IMG/VR virus record: IMGVR_UViG_2585428076_000002
Direction: 5' to 3' (one strand)
DNA length: 31,175 nucleotides
DNA from: an uncultured virus (IMG/VR IMGVR_UViG_2585428076_000002)
Lineage: Duplodnaviria; Heunggongvirae; Uroviricota; Caudoviricetes
Shown one piece after another: positions 27,746 through 31,175 of this stretch. Made by a program: the position numbers and the translations under genes. Every line of letters begins with the position of its first letter. Within the stretch, counting starts at the first letter, position 1. The notes under the pieces were generated by a model that saw only the letters and a list, made by a program, of their open reading frames with translations, was not told where the DNA came from and searched no databases.

Positions 27746-28636
27746 AAAATGGAATATAAGGTTTTGAATTATATATGCTACTTTGTGAAGATTTATGATC
27801 CATGCAATTATGTCTAAACTAAGTATAATCAATGCAAATACATTAAAATAAAACACATAAGGTAGTCTAGACTTTAGACGCTTAAGTGGTGAGCAATTTG
27901 TTTGTGAAGTATCATTTACACAAGTGCAATTGTGCTCATTGCATTGAGTCAGGATGCTTAACTTTGTGATTTTAGATACAAAGTACATTAGGCCACATAT
28001 TGTATTAAACACAACAAGACCACAAATGGTTGCAATAAAAATGACTTTGTAAATAGAAGAATTTTGCATACTCTCGAGGACGCTACTGCTAAATGACATT
28101 CCACCCATGAATGCAAGAACTACTGCAGAAAAGATACTTAATACGGTCAACACTTCAGTTTTTAATCCGTGTGCGTGTTCTATTGCAACTTTGAGGGAGT
28201 CTTTTGCTTGATTTAGCTCGAGCTTTGTAGCCGTTAATTCTGAATTTAAGTCTTGGATTTGTTGTGTCTGGGATTGGGAAAATTGAATTCGTGCAATTTC
28301 TAAATTTATATGATCTTGTAATTTGAAGAAATGGGATAATAATAAGTCGTATTGAACGGAATGTGCGGAAATGTAATTGCCCAGAATGCTTAAATTATTT
28401 GTAAGATATTCAAAATTATATGGGCTGTCAGCTTTGGTAAAATCGAGCAATAAAGGGAAAAAGCGAGAGTAATAATGACGAAAAGGCTCTTGTTCGCCGT
28501 CTCGATAAATGTGATAAAGAGTTCCGCTGATTCGTTCCAGCTGTTCTGTATCTTCGGGATCGAGAACATCTCCGGATAAAGAGCATAGTAAACTTTCTAG
28601 ATTGCGTTGCTTTGTTTGGACGCTAGCCTCTTCCAT
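27743..28636 (-). CDS. Putative membrane toxin partner (PanT-like) with coiled coil and 3 predicted TM helices
   Basis: ATG one base after the antitoxin stop, GGAG RBS; hydrophobic segments VLTVLSIFSAVVLAF, VIFIATICGLVVF, VFYFNVFALIILSL. Toxin role is inferred from context. Confidence 0.65.
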   Translation of the reverse strand: MEEASVQTKQRNLESLLCSLSGDVLDPEDTEQLERISGTLYHIYRDGEQEPFRHYYSRFFPLLLDFTKADSPYNFEYLTNNLSILGNYISAHSVQYDLLLSHFFKLQDHINLEIARIQFSQSQTQQIQDLNSELTATKLELNQAKDSLKVAIEHAHGLKTEVLTVLSIFSAVVLAFMGGMSFSSSVLESMQNSSIYKVIFIATICGLVVFNTICGLMYFVSKITKLSILTQCNEHNCTCVNDTSQTNCSPLKRLKSRLPYVFYFNVFALIILSLDIIAWIINLHKVAYIIQNLIFHF

Positions 28637-28637
28637 T

Positions 28638-29072
28638 TTAGACAATACACTCCTTCCGGATAATCAAATCAAAAGGAATGGTACCACGAGGCGAGTGTTT
28701 GGTATTGAATATATCATCCCAAGGATGATTAGGTAAGTGTGTTAAATTTACTAATTTACTTACGGTTATTGGAAGGTATTTTTTCAAGATAGAAGAAATG
28801 ATTTCTTGATCTTCTTGGTCTATTTGTTGTGGATCATAAAGACAGTCAATGGGCATTCCGCCATAAGCACAAAACTCATAATAAACTTCGGGGATAACGG
28901 GACCAAACTGCCACGCCGAAAATACATCATTAAATAAGTATTTTCCGGTTTGTTTGTAATAATCAATCCAAAGAAAATATAAAACTTTTTGCAATTTTAA
29001 GTTGCTTATAGGCTGATTTGTTCGAGAACAATAATCAACGATATGCCGAGAAATAGTTGTTGCAGCATACAT
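28638..29072 (-). CDS. Panacea-domain antitoxin (DUF4065/SocA/GepA)
   Basis: ISNLKLQKVLYF, AWQFGPVIPEVY, LVNLTH...PW motifs; GGGAGG RBS before ATG 29072. Confidence 0.92.
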   Translation of the reverse strand: MYAATTISRHIVDYCSRTNQPISNLKLQKVLYFLWIDYYKQTGKYLFNDVFSAWQFGPVIPEVYYEFCAYGGMPIDCLYDPQQIDQEDQEIISSILKKYLPITVSKLVNLTHLPNHPWDDIFNTKHSPRGTIPFDLIIRKECIV

Positions 29073-29130
29073 GGCTAAAATCCCTCCCTTCATTTATGGT
29101 ATGAGTAATAGATAACTTTGTTGTAAAGTT

Positions 29131-29159
29131 ATCATAGCATGTGGTTTATGGAGTGTCAA
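29131..29159 (-). promoter_or_regulatory. Sigma-A promoter of the Panacea operon
   Basis: TTGACA-17bp-TATGAT with extended TG; the -10 box overlaps a 9-bp inverted repeat at 29111-29133. Confidence 0.85.
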
Positions 29160-29167
29160 TCTTATAC

Positions 29168-29196
29168 TTGACTTTTGATAGGGAATCTGATATAAT
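29168..29196 (+). promoter_or_regulatory. Divergent sigma-A promoter with no downstream ORF
   Basis: TTGACT-17bp-TATAAT with extended TG; palindrome TCTGATAT-A-ATATCAGA (29186-29202) centred on the -10 box. Confidence 0.75.
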
Positions 29197-29353
29197 ATCA
29201 GAATTTTTTTCATAAAAAAGATGATAGAAGAATCTTTTTTTTAGTGAATTTGTTATATTTTTGCGATCTAAAAATTTTTATTACGCTATATTAGGTGAAA
29301 TATAGAGTGGCAGTCGCTTTTTAATCACATATTTATAATGGTGAAACATACGC

Positions 29354-30334
29354 TTAAATTACACGAATCGACTCACATGGAATATGATAATGTCGATTAA
29401 TGATACAAGCGACCCGATCGTCTGGGTAGTGTCTTTGGAGGAATGTCGCTAAAAGATAGAAATTATGCAAGCAATTCAAAGATAGAGAGGCCTTAAACTC
29501 GTCTAAAAGGTCTGGATATAAATCAAAATCTGCATTAGCCCATTCATTGGATAAGTAATCGGCTAAGTTTGGTAAAAAATCATCACCACCATCTAATTTG
29601 GTATAAGCAAGAGGTGTTACAACTTCCAACAGCACAGACTTTGTTCGTTTGGTCCAGTCCTCTAATAAGTCTACCCGTGTTGGATCAATATATTGCATTA
29701 AATCGTGGACAGCTTTTAAGAATTCGGGGCATGTTTCTATGCAAGAGTAGTCTGTAATATTGAGATGTGGAGGACACCATAAGAATCCCTCTATGCCTCC
29801 GTAATCCGTTGAATCTTCATGCAATCTAGAATATAAATAATTTATTTGCTCATATATCTCACGTTCGTGATTATTTGCGTTGAAATCAATTGTATTTAGA
29901 TTGCTAAAGTCCAAATTGTCTGATAGCAATTTATCAATATCATATAATTTAATGGAAAATGAGCGCTTGTTAGGTCCGTTGTAGATCAGAGAAGCTTTAG
30001 CAATATCAAAGTGAATTAGGTGTTGTTCAAGAAATTGCCGCAAAGGAGTGTCGTTAGTCAGTAAGTCGCATAATGACAAAAAGCCATACTGTTGAAAGGG
30101 TGCTAGATCACCGTCAATGGTTGTTGTAAGATGATGCCAAGTGACTTTGACGTTATCAATTGGAGTTTCCAAGTTGATTTCCAATTCATTGATTATATCT
30201 GAAATATCGTGGGCGCTTTGGTATTTATCGAGAGTAGCGGTTAAATCTTTTTCTGCGATAGAAAAATGTCGACAGAACTCTGATGTGCAATCAGATTTAA
30301 AAAAATTAAAAATGATGGAAGTATCTTTGTCCAC
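29354..30334 (-). CDS. Orphan AT-rich cargo protein (326 aa), function unknown
   Basis: Long ORF in AT-rich DNA, GAGGT RBS with GTG start; no family recognised with confidence. Confidence 0.8.
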   Translation of the reverse strand: MDKDTSIIFNFFKSDCTSEFCRHFSIAEKDLTATLDKYQSAHDISDIINELEINLETPIDNVKVTWHHLTTTIDGDLAPFQQYGFLSLCDLLTNDTPLRQFLEQHLIHFDIAKASLIYNGPNKRSFSIKLYDIDKLLSDNLDFSNLNTIDFNANNHEREIYEQINYLYSRLHEDSTDYGGIEGFLWCPPHLNITDYSCIETCPEFLKAVHDLMQYIDPTRVDLLEDWTKRTKSVLLEVVTPLAYTKLDGGDDFLPNLADYLSNEWANADFDLYPDLLDEFKASLSLNCLHNFYLLATFLQRHYPDDRVACIINRHYHIPCESIRVI

Positions 30335-30364
30335 AATCTTACCTCACAGAGTTCTAAAAAAAGC

Positions 30365-30428
30365 TGACATCAAATTGACACCAAACAATCCCGAAAAATC
30401 GCCAAAAATCCAAGAAAATCCCGAAAAT
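30365..30428. repeat. Putative integrase arm-type sites and phased A-tracts
   Basis: TGACATCAAA (30365) and TGACACCAAA (30376) in tandem, then imperfect 10-bp repeats ending AAAATC. Confidence 0.6.
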
Positions 30429-30470
30429 GCACTTTGAACAAAATTCAAGTGTAAAAGGCGATAAAATACA

Positions 30471-30520
30471 AAGAAACCGCTTAATCGATCTCTTTTGAAG
30501 ATCTATAAGCGGTTTTTCTT
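30471..30520 (-). terminator. Hairpin/terminator directly downstream of the tRNA
   Basis: AAACCGCTTA...TAAGCGGTTT inverted repeat with an inner GATCT/AGATC pair and T-rich flanks. Confidence 0.7.
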
Positions 30521-30596
30521 TGGTCCGAGTGACAGGACTTGAACCTGCGGCCTCTTGACCCCCAGTCAAGCACGCTACCAGCTGCGCTACACCCGG
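30521..30596 (-). tRNA. tRNA-Pro(GGG), probable integration site
   Basis: CCGGGTG/CACTCGG acceptor stem with ACCA, CTTGA-CTGGGGG-TCAAG anticodon arm, GGTTCAAGTCC T arm; 76 nt. Confidence 0.97.
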
Positions 30597-30639
30597 ATAT
30601 TTACTTGCTGCGTTGTTACTTGCTGAACTCAGCTTGTAT

Positions 30640-30668
30640 ATAATACCATGGGTGACAAGGAATGTCAA
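30640..30668 (-). promoter_or_regulatory. Sigma-A promoter of tRNA-Pro
   Basis: TTGACA-17bp-TATTAT with extended TG. Confidence 0.85.
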
Positions 30669-30677
30669 CAGGAAAAC

Positions 30678-31175
30678 TCAAAGTTTTTCAAAAAAATTTC
30701 TGACGCGTTCCGGGAGGGTATCGAGCGGGGGATGGTTGTCAAAATAGAGATCATAGGGGTAGGATTCGACCTCATCATCCGAGCGATTGCCGTAATGCCG
30801 TGCGGAAAGACCGGAGCGGCGTACGAGCAGCGTGCGGCAATCTGGGCCAATGGCAGTTTTGAGTCGTTCAATTTCTTCCGGCTCGCGCACATGTAAAAAT
30901 AGAATCTCATCATCACTGCCCAGAAAATCCTGATAAGCTTTGAGACAGTAGGTGAAGGATAGATCGTTAAATTCGGTGAAAGCTTGTTTGAGCTGAGATA
31001 AGAGCCGGCGTGCGGCCAGTGTTTTTTGACCATCCCAACCGGCGAATCGAGCGATTTCAACGATGGGGGTGATAGACGAGACATTACGGACACGAAAATA
31101 TTGGGCGGCACAGTTGCAGATGGTATCCTTACCGACACCGCCCTGACCATTGATGATAAAAACTTGCTTGCGCAT
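30678..31175 (-). CDS. P-loop nucleotide kinase-like protein (host side)
   Basis: N-terminal Walker A INGQGGVGKDT, HVREPEEI, NRSDDEV. Confidence 0.75.
   Translation of the reverse strand: MRKQVFIINGQGGVGKDTICNCAAQYFRVRNVSSITPIVEIARFAGWDGQKTLAARRLLSQLKQAFTEFNDLSFTYCLKAYQDFLGSDDEILFLHVREPEEIERLKTAIGPDCRTLLVRRSGLSARHYGNRSDDEVESYPYDLYFDNHPPLDTLPERVRNFFEKL

Larger units (their letters stand above)
1..30520 (+). mobile_element. Prophage (myovirus-type, PBSX/phiCD119-like), right part; left end outside the window
   Basis: Colinear replication, packaging, head, contractile tail and lysis modules ending at the 3' end of a tRNA with arm-like repeats. No frameshifted or truncated structural genes seen. 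Confidence 0.95.

Noticed and set aside
30601..30625. TTACTTGCTG direct repeat in the tRNA leader
   Set aside because: Only two 10-bp copies on the host side, with no supporting context.
30354..30668. 104-aa minus-strand ORF
   Set aside because: Overlaps the tRNA and its promoter; spurious.

Overview
The window holds the right-hand ~30.5 kb of an apparently intact temperate prophage with a contractile tail (PBSX/phiCD119-like xkd gene set), most likely in a Clostridia-type Firmicute. Plus-strand order: recombination/replication, accessory early genes, late regulator, terminase, portal, MuF, capsid, tail/baseplate, fibre, holin, amidase. An AT-rich, minus-strand cargo island follows (~27.7-30.35 kb), then integrase arm-like repeats, the 3' end of a host tRNA-Pro(GGG) that is the likely integration site, and one host kinase-like gene. 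No integrase or repressor lies in the window. Most notable: (1) a Panacea/DUF4065 antitoxin coupled to an unrecognised coiled-coil/3-TM putative toxin; (2) back-to-back consensus promoters, each with a palindrome over its -10 box, one of which has no ORF and points antisense into an orphan 326-aa gene; (3) a MuF protein with a C-terminal RNase-like toxin domain, a putative immunity gene, an intragenic promoter and a terminator, forming a hidden transcription unit; (4) a fibre gene with a swapped low-GC N-terminal module; (5) a baseplate hub with N-terminal M23 and 3D domains. All family assignments come from motif recognition by eye, not from database searches.
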